A DNA stretch of 64,000 bases from Pseudovirgaria hyperparasitica (GCA_010093815.1 ML996575.1), one strand, 5' to 3'. Positions 23,851-36,360 are shown, numbered from the stretch's first letter. Notes: generated by a model from the letters alone, not told the origin. A program made the numbers and translations.

Positions 23851-24135
23851 ATGGTATCATCAAAGGACTCTGGTACATGGCGCCCTGTCTACAACGTCCT
23901 TCAACACTAATCTCATATCTCAGACATAAAGTCCCTACCTGACAAGGCCACACAAGCAGACAAGGACTTGGCATATAAAGTTGCCGCAAACATCAAACCA
24001 GGGCACAAGAGTGGAGAGTCTAATATCAAAGAGACCATAGAGTCTGCTGCCACCAAAGAGGAGAATCTGATCTCGAAACGAACGGTCGGAGGTGACGATG
24101 GAGGGGAGTCGGGGACAGCTGAGAGGAGGGTTTAA
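23851..24135 (+). CDS. Unannotated small hydrophilic protein (77 aa, one intron 23873-23923)
   Basis: ATG, GTACAT donor, ACTAAT branch and CAG acceptor give an open frame MVSSKDSDIKSLPDKATQADKDLAYKVAANIKPGHKSGESNIKETIESAATKEENLISKRTVGGDDGGESGTAERRV*. Confidence 0.6.
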
Positions 24136-24504
24136 AGATGAAAGATCTGGTATGTAAGGGGCGTCATGGTAGAATGTATGATACTTGCTATGAATACTTT
24201 GATCGCAAACGCGACACGTCTTCCGCTAGTTATCAGTGTATACCATTTACTAATGAGACGATGTGCTCGTCTGAAATGAAATGCTCCATAAATACTCGTT
24301 TGGGCCATATTGGATGAAGTACAGACTATGCTGCTACATCGAAAGCCACCTGCTCTCATGCAACTATGCCCAGCACGTTGTCAGGCATTCGTGATTCATC
24401 GCGTGTAAAACTCACCAGCACGAGCTCATCCCAAAACCCCGCCTACGCACCCCACAAATCTCCAAACGCCATGCCCTAAGCCGGAAATGCGCAGCCATTC
24501 AGAT

Positions 24505-25623
24505 TTAGATGTCATTGTAACCCAGGTAGGTTTTGGGCAAGTTCTTATCTACCACCGCCCACGCCCATGCCCTTCCTGCCTCCCCACACCAAAGCGCCGA
24601 GGGATCCTCAGACTTCTGCAATACTCCGTCCTTCTCTAGCGCTTTGATCTCATGGCCGGTCGTGTATGTCAAAAAGTGTTCGCAGTCTTTATCCTCAAGT
24701 GCAAGCGCGTTGCCACTAATGCCATGACACAGACAGGGCTCCTTGGTCAGTAGACCTCGTTCTTTGATGCACTCCCGGCCTTTCCTTATTGCGCTCTCGA
24801 TCTTGTCCTTCAGATTTGGGAAGTATCCTTTGATTTGGTCTAGACTGGCGACCACGCCTGGTGCGCCGTGGCAGAACTGTACGAGGCGGTCTTTGCCAGG
24901 AGGTATTGAGGACGGCCAGTTCCCACTGTCGAATTGGTAGCTCAATAGTGCTGCTAGATCAGCTTCAATCTTAGGAGCCCATGTTGGGTCTGTGAGGACA
25001 ATTTGAGTGATTATGCCAACGGCACCGTGTACTGCACCAACGTAGGCTTTGCCGTGCCATTTCCATGGCCTGGGAGTGTCCATGATTGTGTCGATAACGG
25101 CGTCGGCTGAGTCATCAATGAGATCTAGCATTTCTTCGTTGTCGCTGAAAGATCTCCGCACCAGTCTTAGGAAGTAGAGGTAGCCTGCGCCGCCATAAAG
25201 CCACTCGATGGACGCTCCAGGCTCCGCAGCAATATCTTTGTAGTTGCATAGTTCTTTTACCGTGTCTTCATCTTTTGCTGTGGCGGCGTATAGCGCAAGA
25301 AGCGCCATGATGTCGTCGCTGACACCGCATTTCTCTGGTGATGGACCTGGATAGTCTTTGATGTTTGCTTGTGCTTGTTCCAGATAGGCCGCAGACCAGG
25401 TTGTTAGTGGAAAATCTTCGATCTCTAAGTCTGGATAGAGTCCATTGAGTGTCGCAAACAGATGAGCCACCGATGTTGGACCGTAATAGAATCCACCACC
25501 CGCTGGTATTTTGTCTGGAGGATACTCTGTCACTAATCGCGTGAGTGAGGCAACGAGTTGCTTCTTTGGATCTCGGCGAGCAAGCGGGGCATCATTCCTG
25601 AAAAATCGTGACTTGTGTGACAT
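24505..25623 (-). CDS. LanC-like protein (LanCL/GCR2 family)
   Basis: WLYGGAGYL, WKWHGKAYVGAVHG, GNWPSS, QFCHGAPG, CLCHGISGN: catalytic His and Cys/Cys/His zinc ligands present. Confidence 0.9.
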   Translation of the reverse strand: MSHKSRFFRNDAPLARRDPKKQLVASLTRLVTEYPPDKIPAGGGFYYGPTSVAHLFATLNGLYPDLEIEDFPLTTWSAAYLEQAQANIKDYPGPSPEKCGVSDDIMALLALYAATAKDEDTVKELCNYKDIAAEPGASIEWLYGGAGYLYFLRLVRRSFSDNEEMLDLIDDSADAVIDTIMDTPRPWKWHGKAYVGAVHGAVGIITQIVLTDPTWAPKIEADLAALLSYQFDSGNWPSSIPPGKDRLVQFCHGAPGVVASLDQIKGYFPNLKDKIESAIRKGRECIKERGLLTKEPCLCHGISGNALALEDKDCEHFLTYTTGHEIKALEKDGVLQKSEDPSALWCGEAGRAWAWAVVDKNLPKTYLGYNDI

Positions 25624-26088
25624 TGCTGCAGCTGCTTAGCGTGCTAACCTGACTTGTGATAAATTGCAGATAGTTCTATGATTCGACGTTGTTATGCCTG
25701 CCTCTGGTCTGTTGTGCTAGTTCCTTTGAGAGTGGTTTTGATGTTGAAGTTCAGTAGGCTGAGACTGTGGGGCGGCGCGAAGTGACGTAGCTTGGTCAGA
25801 CAGCTGACAGGCGGGATGTTTGCAAGTAAGGAGGTGAAAGGCTGAACTTTCATTCCAATGTTCAGTCGGTGGTCATTATTGACCCAGGCTTACTCAGATG
25901 CTGTTCTTATCTCGTATGTACTACGACATCCGCAGTAGCAACATGTATGAGAGCTCGAACAAGGCTTGGTAGGGGGTTTGATTCAAGGTTTCTAGCGGGC
26001 CTCAGGTGTCTTCTTTGGTGAATCACATAAAGAAGATGCAAGCCTAGTGCAGTCCTTGAAAGGGGAAGCATATATACGCATGTCATGT

Positions 26089-27377
26089 TCATCTAACCCT
26101 GCTTCGTCTGGATCTCTTGACTTCCACCTCTTCCAACTTTATAACCTGGTGCTCTTCAGGCTCGAGGGATCTTTTTAATTTCTTTTCAGCCACTGTAGTT
26201 GTTTCAATGTCTTCGATTTTGATCTTCCCATCTGCTTCACCCTTGATTATCTCTGCCTCATCTTTCACCTCCACTTTAGCGACAAGCCTCTCCGAGAACG
26301 CCCTGAGATCGGCAGTAAAGAGCACCGAGTGTGCCCAGCCTGCTTCTCTGCCCCAGAGTTGCCGGAAGCGATTCGCAACGGCGTCATATGTAGCCTTAGT
26401 CAGGCTACTATGCTTCCCCTTTCCAAATTTGTAATCCCGCTGGGCTATCTGCCAGACGTGTGTGTCAACAGGTACTGCTTCGCCCCAACCCAGTCCCATC
26501 AAACAGACGCAATCTGCAACTTTGGGCCCAACGCCTTGGAGCTCCAAAAGCTGTTCGTGTGCATGCCGGTATCCTTCTCTTCCCCCTTCCACCAGCTCTC
26601 CGGTGGACTGCTTTCCCTTAAATGATTTGGCGCTTTCTGGGTTTCTGAGGCTGTCCAACCAGCCAAGTTCCTTCTCTTTAGCCACAATCTGTGCTGTTCG
26701 ATGCAGATACTTTGCCCTGTAGCCAAAACCTAGATCTCGCAAGTGTTGTTCGACTTTCGGTCCGACAAGCGCTTCGGGGGGTGGGAAGTCGTGGTAAGCT
26801 TGAGTACCGATATGTCCAATTAGCGGCCCATAATTTAGGCACAACTTCTCCACCATCTGCGATATCCTCGCGATGTTGTTATTGCTACTGCAAATAAATC
26901 CTACCAGAGCCTCCCAAGCATCTTGTTTCAGTATCCGTACTCCCGTGAACTTTGGCGCCTTCTTCTTGAAATTTGAATCTGCCGAAGCCCATTGCTCATA
27001 TAATTGCGTAAGATTTGGTTCGAGGTTCAAATAATGCTTTAACAGCTTCAAAGTATCATCCTCCTCCACTGTAGACTCTGCTACCGAAGCCGCATGCGAG
27101 TAGGGAGGTGTAGGAGGAGCGAGAGCAGCGGCAGGAAAAATGGCTCGGTAGTGAAGATACTCGGGGTCTTGACGGAGGGACAGTATGCGACCATGCAGCG
27201 TACATGACCATTCATCATCGGCCGATTTGCGCCATCTGTATGGTCAGTCATCTTCAGTGAATGGCCCGCAACTGAAACGTACCTGAACGATTGGCCACAT
27301 CGTAGGGTTGTATTGATGCAGAGCTCTGACAAACTGACCGGCAGCTTCTGCCACTCTGTGATGCGAAAATTGCCCAT
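26089..27377 (-). CDS. OGG1: 8-oxoguanine DNA glycosylase/AP lyase
   Basis: TLRCGQSFR|W, FICSSNNNIARI, LGFGYRAKY, HhH-GPD LQGVGPKVADCVCL...VPVDTHV, AGWAHSVLF. Confidence 0.95.
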
Positions 27378-27697
27378 TCTGACCGTATGAAAGGTAGGAA
27401 AAGCAGCAGAAGTAAAGAGACAGGGGAACTTCTCTCAGGCTTTTGCGCGTTAAACGCGAACGCGCCCTAAATCATTTTACATGCCTTAGGCACCAATCTA
27501 CCGAAGCTAGAACTTCTCTGGATCTTCAAAGCTCCGAGAGCCTCATTGTTCAGTCTTTTGTAAACATCACAACCGCCATACTGCTTTACAGAAATCTTTA
27601 ATTGATATCTCGTGCAGGCCTGTTGTACTACTTGACATCTAGACGGCAACTTGTCCAAGCTTCTAAGCTTGCTGTGCGCAAGGACTGAGTTGCGAAG

Positions 27698-29651
27698 ATG
27701 AATGGCGGCGAGTCCTATGGCGGTGGCCGAGGTAAGTATCTTACAATCATGGCTGTGCAGCTACTGATTGCAATATGTTATAGAACGACACGGCTCAGGT
27801 CGCGATTATGTATGGTATACTCTCTCATATGCTTCGAAACTGGGCTAATCTGACAGAAACCGCGCGGAGACCGTGACGACCGCCGCGACCGACGTCGCCG
27901 ATCTAGATCTCCCAGACACGGAGGGTCAGGTGGAGGATCGCGCAGAGACTACGAGGTAGATACGTACTCTTCAAGTCGCGACTACAGGGAGCGTGAACGC
28001 GAGGACAGGTACGCAGGTCGTAGCGACAACAGGCGCGAGGAAAGAGGCGGTTGGGGTGGTGGCCGTGACAATCGAGGAAGCAGACGCGATGATGGCGATC
28101 GTCCTCCACGTCGCGATCGTGGTGATTTGTTCGATGATAGAGGCGGAAGAGGCAGAAGAGAACGTGGTGGCGGTCACGAACGAGCCGAGCAACGACCTCG
28201 TAGTGCCAGCCCGCCCCCGAAGAGAAAGGAGCCTACACCAGATCTGACTGACATCGTACCGATCCTTGAGCGCAAGAGAAGATTGACTCAATGGGACATT
28301 AAGCCTCAGGGTTATGAGAATGTCACCGCGGAGCAAGCGAAGCTATCTGGAATGTTCCCTCTGCCAGGCGCACCGCGTCAACAACCTATGGACCCAAGTC
28401 GTTTGCAAGCCTTCATAAACCAACCGTCCGGCTCCGCCACGTCATCTTCGCTGAGACCATCCAACGCGCGACAAGCAAAGCGATTGTTCGTGTACAACAT
28501 CCCTGCATCAGCGACTGATGAATCGATTGCAGAGTTCTTCAATCTCCAACTCAATGGCCTGAACGTCATACAAGGAACCGATCCTTGTGTCAATGTAGCC
28601 ATTGAACCTAGCCGACAATTCGCATTATTGGAATTTCGCAACACCGAAGATGCTACGATGGCACTAGCACTTGACGGCATCTCGATGGAACCAGACGCTA
28701 TGGATACTAGCAATGGCGCGTCCAATGGCAAGCCTTCAGGCCTGAGAATCTCTCGTCCGAAAGATTACATTGCGCCAGCACCGGACGCGGATGAGGAACC
28801 GCCCCAGGAAGGTGTCATATCCAATGTTGTCAAGGACAGCGCCAACAAGATTCTTATCACGAACATTCCTGTCTACCTTAGTGACGATCAAGTCACCGAG
28901 CTTCTCGCTGCCTTTGGTGTCCTCAAAGCATTCACTCTTGTCAAAGATACAGGCACAGAGCAGTCGCGAGTGAGTTGTTACCCTCGCTCCGTTCAACGTA
29001 CCAGGTACAACACTAATCTTTGCTTTCTAGGGTATCGCCTTTTGCGATTATGTCGACCCACAAGCCACCGATGTCGCCGTCGAGGGCCTCAACGGCATGG
29101 AGCTTGGCGATGCACAACTCAAGGTACAGCGAGCTAGCATTGGTATCACGCAAGCATCTGGTCTTGAGATGGGTGTCAACGCCATGTCAATGCTCGCCGG
29201 GACTACCTCCTCTGAGCTTGAGCAAGGTCGTGTCTTGCAATTATTGAACATGGTGACGGCTGAAGAGCTCATGGATAACGATGAATACAAGGGTGAGTCA
29301 TGTGGTCTTCTAAGTAACTCATCTAGCATACCAGTACTGACACATTGCAACAGAAATCGTTGAAGATGTCAAGGATGAATGCAGCAAGTACGGTCCCGTG
29401 CTGGACATCAAAGTCCCTCGCCCAAGTGGTGCTCGTCAAAACCCCGGTGTTGGTAAAATCTTCGTCAAGTTTGACAAGCCAGAAAGCGCACAGAAAGCTC
29501 TTGCGGCGCTCGCAGGCAGGAAATTTGCAGACAGAACTGTTGTGGTGACGTTCTTCGGAGAGGTATTCACCATCTACCAATCTTTTTTCCCCTCTCCACA
29601 AGATATGCTAACTTTGTCCCACAGGAGTACTTCGACATCAACGCCTGGTAG
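27698..29651 (+). CDS. U2AF2: U2 snRNP auxiliary factor large subunit (U2AF65), multi-exon
   Basis: RS domain (RRRSRSPR), KRRLTQWDIKPQGYE ULM, RRM1 and RRM2, C-terminal UHM (GVGKIFVKF...LAGRKFADRTVV...EYFDINAW*). Confidence 0.95.
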
Positions 29652-30402
29652 AGCTGCCGTCATCCCGGATTCGATGGATCTTGATGAACTCTACGTCTCC
29701 TGCCTTCCCCCCCCCCCTGTTTTCCGTTTCCATCCAAATGTCCTCCTCCTTCGTCTCATTCAAATGGTTTTGTCGGGAAAGGCGAGGAGGGGTCCCTCTC
29801 CGTTACGTGTAGTTAAATATTTGTTGTCATTTGGAAAATCAAACTTCCAAGGATCACGGGGCCTTTGTATTTGTATCGCGTGCACTTGAAAAACAGTTCG
29901 GTGGCGGACAAAGAAAAGTTTCCAGTCGAATGCCATAATAAGTCGCGTCTGTGCTTTTTTTTGACTGAACGCTTGGTCCTTTCTTTCACCATCTGATCGG
30001 GTCTTAGTCGTCACTTTTCTGAACTAACTATCGAGTAGAATCGGCTATGAAACATCAGTGAAACCTTGAGTTATTACCTTCAAGGTAGTCCCGAAGAATA
30101 GTCGTTCACCTAGCGCGGTGGATCTTTCCGGAACAAAGGAGGAGTAGCTAGCTTCAGCTTCTTCGAAACATCATAACACTCCCCCCGCTCGAAGGACAAG
30201 ATAATTGCGCTTACTGCTAGGGAAAAGTTTCACGTTGTGTATGAAGATGGGTTCGTTTACTGCTAAAAGACTGCCAGGAGAAGCCAGGAGAAAAACCGTA
30301 TTGTATTGATCGTCACGCACTGCGCCATTCCAGTCCGGATACGCTCTACTCTCAAGTATCGACACTAGAGCAGCTACTTTACTAATTCGCCCATATGTCA
30401 TC

Positions 30403-30912
30403 CTACGCCGCGCTCCCATCCGCAATCTTCGTGTCTTCCGGCTTGCCCACGCTATCCCTCCTCCGCTTCTCCGCCACGGCCAATTCGTCAGCGCCAGGTG
30501 TCTTCGGGATCTCTGTCAGCACGGCCGGATCACGCAGGCGTGCCTCACGCTGCTCTGGTGTTTCTTCGGCCTTCTTTTGCGCAAGATTTTTGTCTATTGA
30601 TGCAACGCTGCCGCTACGCGCTCGCTGGGTTTGGGGTGATGTGGGTGTGCCATCCAGTTCGACTGGTACGCTGTTTATGCTTCTGGTGGCGATGTCGATG
30701 AAGGGCTGGCTTGCGGCCGCGGATGTCTGGGATGGTGGTCAGTCGGCCAGCAAGCAAGCAAAGCATGTAGGTTTAGGGAAAAGACGTACCGTCTTGTGCG
30801 GGAAGGAGCCAGAGCGAACAACGGGGGAGATGGGAGGAGCGGTGTCGTCTTTGGATTTGGAGGAAGGGGGCTCGGAGGGTCTTACGGTGAGTTGTTCTGG
30901 CTGTGGAGGCAT
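30403..30912 (-). CDS. Hypothetical low-complexity protein (148 aa, intron 30789-30727)
   Basis: GTACGT...CTGAC...CAG intron joins MPPQPEQ...HKT in frame with TSAAASQ...VELDGTPTSP...GSAA*. Confidence 0.6.
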
Positions 30913-31921
30913 ATTGACCTTTGTCGAATTAATGTGTAGACGAGCGACTTTGTGATAGTTGAGTGTCGAGTATTCCTGGGCTTTGCCTATGTCTAGAGTC
31001 GATCTAGTATCTGTATCCCCGCCTTTGTGTACTAGTTCATGTATATCTGTTCGGTTCTTTAAGGCAGCTCTTAGCCTTGATTCCAAGAAGTCTCAGGTGC
31101 CCCGTACGGCTGAAACCTGGCGGGACCTGACGCTGGTGACGCTGTAGGATCCCAGGCGCTTGACAGGCTGAGAAAGCGCTAGCAATAGGTGCCGGGCGCC
31201 TTGAATACCTAATCTCGTCTCGTTAGTATCTTCCTTGCGGGCAGGCAAACACGCCGGTTGGGCACGGGAATATATAGACTGGCGTACCTGTGGCTAGTGG
31301 CTGAAGTCAGAGGTAGGTCGTAGCTGTGCGGAGTGCTGTTGATGGTTCGAGTGGTCTGATAGAAGCTGTACACGAATATAATAATCAGGACGTAGTTCGA
31401 AAAAGTCAATGACAAAGTACAGCCTTGTGGTGTGGAGATGAGATGTCGGGAAGCTATTACTATGCTGGAGAGCAAACAGAACAAAGTGGGGTTAACGGGT
31501 TGAAGGGTCCTTTGGCGGCGGCTTCTAACGCTAACAGTGGCTGATAAGACTGATGCCACTCTGTCGATTCCTGCCTTAAAGCCTTAGAGCCCTTGAAACC
31601 GAGCTCTTGGCGTATAAACACTTCCTGACTTCCTATTGTGGCGTGAAGTGCCGTGCTGCTATTTTCGGCAACCACCTACATGCGCACAGACATCTTGAAA
31701 CGTATTATGACATCAATTGGAAAATCTGAAAGCCGTATTGAAACGCCGGGTCCGGCTCCACGCCAAGCGCCAAAGTGCCGGTATGTTCGGAAAATACGCC
31801 GAATCCATGAAAAACCCCTTCCGAGATGTTACAACTTTCTGTCAATGAAGAAGCCTGCAAGACCCAAACCATAACACCCAGTGCTCAAATATGATACCAC
31901 GATCATCAGACCGATATAGAC

Positions 31922-34057
31922 TTACAGCCACTCCGGGCTCGGCGCCATTACTGTACTCGTATTTGGTGACACCCGGTCATCCTGCAGCGCAAGAACCTTG
32001 TGCGGCTCAACGAGCCCTAGTACTTTGATACTCTTCTTGAGCTCTTTCTGACGTCGCGCATCTTTAACTCTTTCTAGAATGCTTTTCCTCGGCATTTTAT
32101 TCGGAACATACTTTGGGCTCTTTTTTGGCTTTGGAGTGGTGGGCCAACTGTCGAAGGCGCTGTATTCATCATCTTTCTGCCTCGACGAGAATGAACTTGA
32201 CGAAGCCGGCTTTGTGCGACCATACGAAGTCTTAGACGGTTTTTTCCTGGGTTTGTAGAGCGCGATCGAGAAGTTTTCGCGAGAAATTAGTGGCTGTGAG
32301 CCTGAGGAGCGGGATGGATGAAACATAACACTGGAGCTAGCACGTCTCATTTGACGTTGTACTTTGGTGACAGTATTGGCAGCTGATTTGGATATCATCG
32401 TCGTCCGACGTTTGATTTGCTTCGCAACTTTCTGAGCCGATGTATAGGAGACCTGCCCGGAGTCGTGCATTGTATTGGAAGGGGTGACAGGTAATCGAGG
32501 AGATTCCGGTGTGCGAGGAACAAACTTTGGCAAAGCTGTTCGTGAACGTGAGCCTACACTAAACGACGCAGCCAATGGCGACGAAAGTTGTTTACCAGTT
32601 CGTGGAAGTACCAGGGGAATCATAGTCGCACCTCGTTTCTTGACCAGTCGAGTCTCGGCTGGGTTGCTCTGCCTTTCTGGTTTGAGAGACTGAGTACCCC
32701 TTCGACCTTGCCGCAGTGTTGGTATTTGAAGCTGCTCAAGCGACCGATGCCCGTTAGAAAATGGGTAAAGTTTGGGATGAAAAGGACTGTAGGGTGACGA
32801 CACTTTATATGCAACACCGTAATTCTTGCCATGTTCTGGTCGAGATGTTCTTACATTAGAAGCTTCGCGGTTTCCTTTTTGTACCGCTAGGGTCCCTGCA
32901 GAAGGGTATCTCTTTGGTACTTTAGCACCCATAGATGTCTCGGAATCAGAGCCTTTGTAAGTTGAAGATGGTAACAAGACTGGCTGACTAGCGTTCAAGC
33001 GGAATGCTGTTGAGTTCTGTGCTGCTGCTATAGCTCGAGTGGCTTGACTGGATTCCATGCGGGCAAGCCGCTCGGTAGTCTCAATGGGCCTTATGAAGTC
33101 TTCCGGTGATGGAGACACAACCAGCTCTCGATATCGTTCGACCATAGTTGCATGACCGACAGAGTGCTCGCGGGTCTGGCACGTCCTGTCAGTTATTTTG
33201 GAGGAGGCACCATCATCACCTTCCGGGTCGTCGGCAATGCTGGACATCCTGGCAACGAAGCTTCGGCGTCGCCCTGGTACAGAGGACTGAGTTGGAGTCT
33301 CCGTTTTAGTCGTTGCAAAGTCCGCCCTAAGCAACGATTTCCAAGGAGGGGGGCCGAGCAATGTATCAGCTTGTGCGTCTCCCTGAGCATTCGAGGCAGT
33401 GACCGATTCTGCAGGCGCTGGTTCTGGGGCCTCGAGAGTCAAATCAAAGGACTGTTTACTACGTTCTGACGACGGTGTGGACGATCCGCTCAGGAATGTT
33501 GCGTGTTCAGGCGAAGGACTTGGCATCAACGGTTCGAACAGGCGAGGAGTTGACGTGCGCGTTCCAGAACCTGCTTCGTCCTCAGATGACATGCCAGGCC
33601 CTATGACGACTGCGGAATGATTGCGCCGCTTCTGTGATTTCGGCGAATGTGCCTGTCTCTTCCACCATTCTTCGGCCGGTGTCGTTGGCGCGGCGGTGCT
33701 GTAGATACTTGACGAGGACGATACCGGAAATGGTGCCCTTAGGTGTCCTGGGGACATTGGGATACTCAAAGGAATAGGTGGTAGAGGCTTGTTTGGGTCA
33801 ACGGGTGGCAGGGACAGGTCTTGATACCATCTAGCTGAATCAACAGCGACCTGCATACCTTTCGAGGTTTTGGCGGGGGAACGAGCAGATCGAGCGACGA
33901 TATGAAGCTTTGGGGAGCTTTGTATCAATTTCCTAGGAGGATGAGAAGTAGTGGTAGTCTGAGTTGCCATTTCAGAGGACTTCTCTAGTATTTCTTTCTT
34001 CGGAATTGTAATTGGGGGTTTGCTATCGAACAAAGCGATGCTCTCGAGGTGGGACAT
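31922..34057 (-). CDS. Hypothetical Ser/Pro/Lys-rich, probably disordered protein (711 aa)
   Basis: Long uninterrupted ORF; basic C-terminal segment RRQKELKKSIKVLG. Confidence 0.75.
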   Translation of the reverse strand: MSHLESIALFDSKPPITIPKKEILEKSSEMATQTTTTSHPPRKLIQSSPKLHIVARSARSPAKTSKGMQVAVDSARWYQDLSLPPVDPNKPLPPIPLSIPMSPGHLRAPFPVSSSSSIYSTAAPTTPAEEWWKRQAHSPKSQKRRNHSAVVIGPGMSSEDEAGSGTRTSTPRLFEPLMPSPSPEHATFLSGSSTPSSERSKQSFDLTLEAPEPAPAESVTASNAQGDAQADTLLGPPPWKSLLRADFATTKTETPTQSSVPGRRRSFVARMSSIADDPEGDDGASSKITDRTCQTREHSVGHATMVERYRELVVSPSPEDFIRPIETTERLARMESSQATRAIAAAQNSTAFRLNASQPVLLPSSTYKGSDSETSMGAKVPKRYPSAGTLAVQKGNREASNVRTSRPEHGKNYGVAYKVSSPYSPFHPKLYPFSNGHRSLEQLQIPTLRQGRRGTQSLKPERQSNPAETRLVKKRGATMIPLVLPRTGKQLSSPLAASFSVGSRSRTALPKFVPRTPESPRLPVTPSNTMHDSGQVSYTSAQKVAKQIKRRTTMISKSAANTVTKVQRQMRRASSSVMFHPSRSSGSQPLISRENFSIALYKPRKKPSKTSYGRTKPASSSSFSSRQKDDEYSAFDSWPTTPKPKKSPKYVPNKMPRKSILERVKDARRQKELKKSIKVLGLVEPHKVLALQDDRVSPNTSTVMAPSPEWL

Positions 34058-35406
34058 AAGTCACGAGAAGACGTCCAGATGGCCGAATGCGACCAAGAAG
34101 ACTACATACCAAAGTGGGCACGGTCCATGACTTACTCCAAAGGCACGGATGAGAATGATATGTTATCATAGACCAGGCGAAGCCAGCGATGCGCACAGTC
34201 GCTTCAATGAAACAAGTTTCTATAGGCGCTTGCCATGATACCCCAGTATAAGATGGTTGAAACCCGTGGTATGGTAGATAGTATGCGTATTCTGACGATT
34301 CGTGCGCAAATGTGGGATCATAACGATCACAGCAATCACAGCTTCTGGATGAATCATCCGCGTCGACAGGCCATACGCACGACTCATGGACTTTGGATTC
34401 TCGTCGGCGTTAACAGTATAGATTGCTTTGCTGTCCTCTGTGCGCACATAAGTCGATAAGAGCCTCGTGCAAGAAAAGGCGCGGGGGCTTTGAGAATGTG
34501 ACAGCAGGGCCGTGCAGATCGCGTAAGGGTCGAAAGCGTGGGCATGACCAGGATAGATGGTAAATGCAAGTCATGGCTCTGGACTATTTTGTGCTTTCTC
34601 CGGGGCTATTTGCTTCTTCCTAATTTTCGCTTTCTGCATAAATAGTCGGGCCGGTACTGAGTCTGAAGGATGAAAAGCAAACGAAACGTGAGATAGGCCG
34701 AAGTGAATTGTGAGGCCTTCATCCATGCCACACGATTAACCAATGGCCATGCTTGGGGATGACTCGGGAACGATGTATACACAATATACAGTACAGGATA
34801 CGTTGTACCGGAAACCTCGGCACCGTAGACATGCTTGACCGTACGAAAACAGTCCACAGTCGGACTGCCCTCAAATTACGGATTAGGTGACGACACGTTG
34901 GAAGATGCCAGGAAGAGCCGAGGACCTTGGTTATCGAAAGTGGAGGCGACGCAAGGGATATGTGCGTACGGCGTGAATATGGATGAGGATGTGGATATGG
35001 ACGTGGATGTGTATGTGAATATCTCTCAAGGCGGAATGAAATCCTCGAATCCTCGAAATTGCGATGAATCCGTTCCCACTTTGAGTCTTTAGATCTAAGG
35101 TTGCTTGCTACATGATGGAACCTGGGCCCACTACACATTCCACGCTAGTCCGCTTCTGGTTCTTTGGCGTCTGATGTCCGATATTTGGATACATGCCTTA
35201 ATGCCTTAGGCTTAAAGCTTAGGAACAGCCTTGCATGGACATGCCGTCATGACGTCGACGCGATACACCGCGATACACCGTGAGGTCTTACCTACGCGTT
35301 ACCATCACCTGCACACCGGCAGTTCCTACAAGTAAATTACTTGCTCCCACCGTATCCACTCTCAGTCGAGTGCGTATCACTCTAACCTTGACCCTTGCTA
35401 CCAACA

Positions 35407-36360
35407 ATGTCCAAGAAACATACCTTAGATGGCTTCTTTCAGCCAGCCGTTCAAGCCAAAAAAATCAGATTGACAGCCTCTTCTGAAACGTCAAATCATG
35501 ACACCTACCCGTATTCAGTACCAAAACTGCCTCCTGAGATCACCGAAATCCTCTCCTTCTCACCAGCGGACGAAGGCAAACTCATAAACGACAAACCAGA
35601 TCTGGATCTTTACTATTTCTCACCATATGTGTCCAAGGACATTGAGAAGGAGCTCTTCAGCTTCCTAAGAGAGAACCTCTTCTTCTATCGCGTCCAATAT
35701 AGCATCAAACGAGGGCCTGTAGAGACTCAGATCAATACACCACGGTATACAACTGTATTTGGAGTAGACGAGTCATCGACTTTCGGAGCAGAAGGTCATT
35801 TGCTAGATGCACAGTCCGGGAAGCCAGTTCCTCGAGACCGATACAAGTGTAGACCACGACCAATTCCAGACTGTCTGGAGACCCTTCGAAAGATAACTGA
35901 AGGCACCACTGGTGAGAAGTTCAATTTTTGCCTCGTGAACTACTACGCGAGCGGTAACGACAGTATCTCTTATCATAGTGATGATGAACGATTCCTAGGC
36001 CCAAATCCTGCAATCGCTTCATTCTCGTTTGGCGTGAAGAGAGACTTTTTGATGAAGCATAAACCAGCAAAAAAGGATGGAAAGCAAATTGAGATCGATT
36101 CAAAGCCCATAAGGTTTGAGCTGAAATCTGGAGACATGATACTCATGAGAGGACCCACGCAATCGAATTGGTTGCATAGCATACCGAAGAGAAAAGGAGG
36201 TGATGTTGACAAAGGTAGGATCAATATCACCTTCCGACGTGCTATGGTGAGAGGTGGCACAGACAATTATTACCAGTATAATGTGGGAACTGGTATCGCT
36301 TTTCGTTGGGATGCTGTGAAGAAGGATATGGTCCCTTGGAAGCACGATAGCCACTCGTAG
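35407..36360 (+). CDS. AlkB-family Fe(II)/2-oxoglutarate dioxygenase (ALKBH2/3-like)
   Basis: TPR, FNFCLVNYYASGNDSISYHSDDE (HxD), WLHSIPK, RINITFR. Confidence 0.92.
   Translation: MSKKHTLDGFFQPAVQAKKIRLTASSETSNHDTYPYSVPKLPPEITEILSFSPADEGKLINDKPDLDLYYFSPYVSKDIEKELFSFLRENLFFYRVQYSIKRGPVETQINTPRYTTVFGVDESSTFGAEGHLLDAQSGKPVPRDRYKCRPRPIPDCLETLRKITEGTTGEKFNFCLVNYYASGNDSISYHSDDERFLGPNPAIASFSFGVKRDFLMKHKPAKKDGKQIEIDSKPIRFELKSGDMILMRGPTQSNWLHSIPKRKGGDVDKGRINITFRRAMVRGGTDNYYQYNVGTGIAFRWDAVKKDMVPWKHDSHS

Noticed and set aside
23851..25623. Fungal lanthipeptide biosynthetic cluster
   Set aside because: No dehydratase, and the nearby peptide has no Cys
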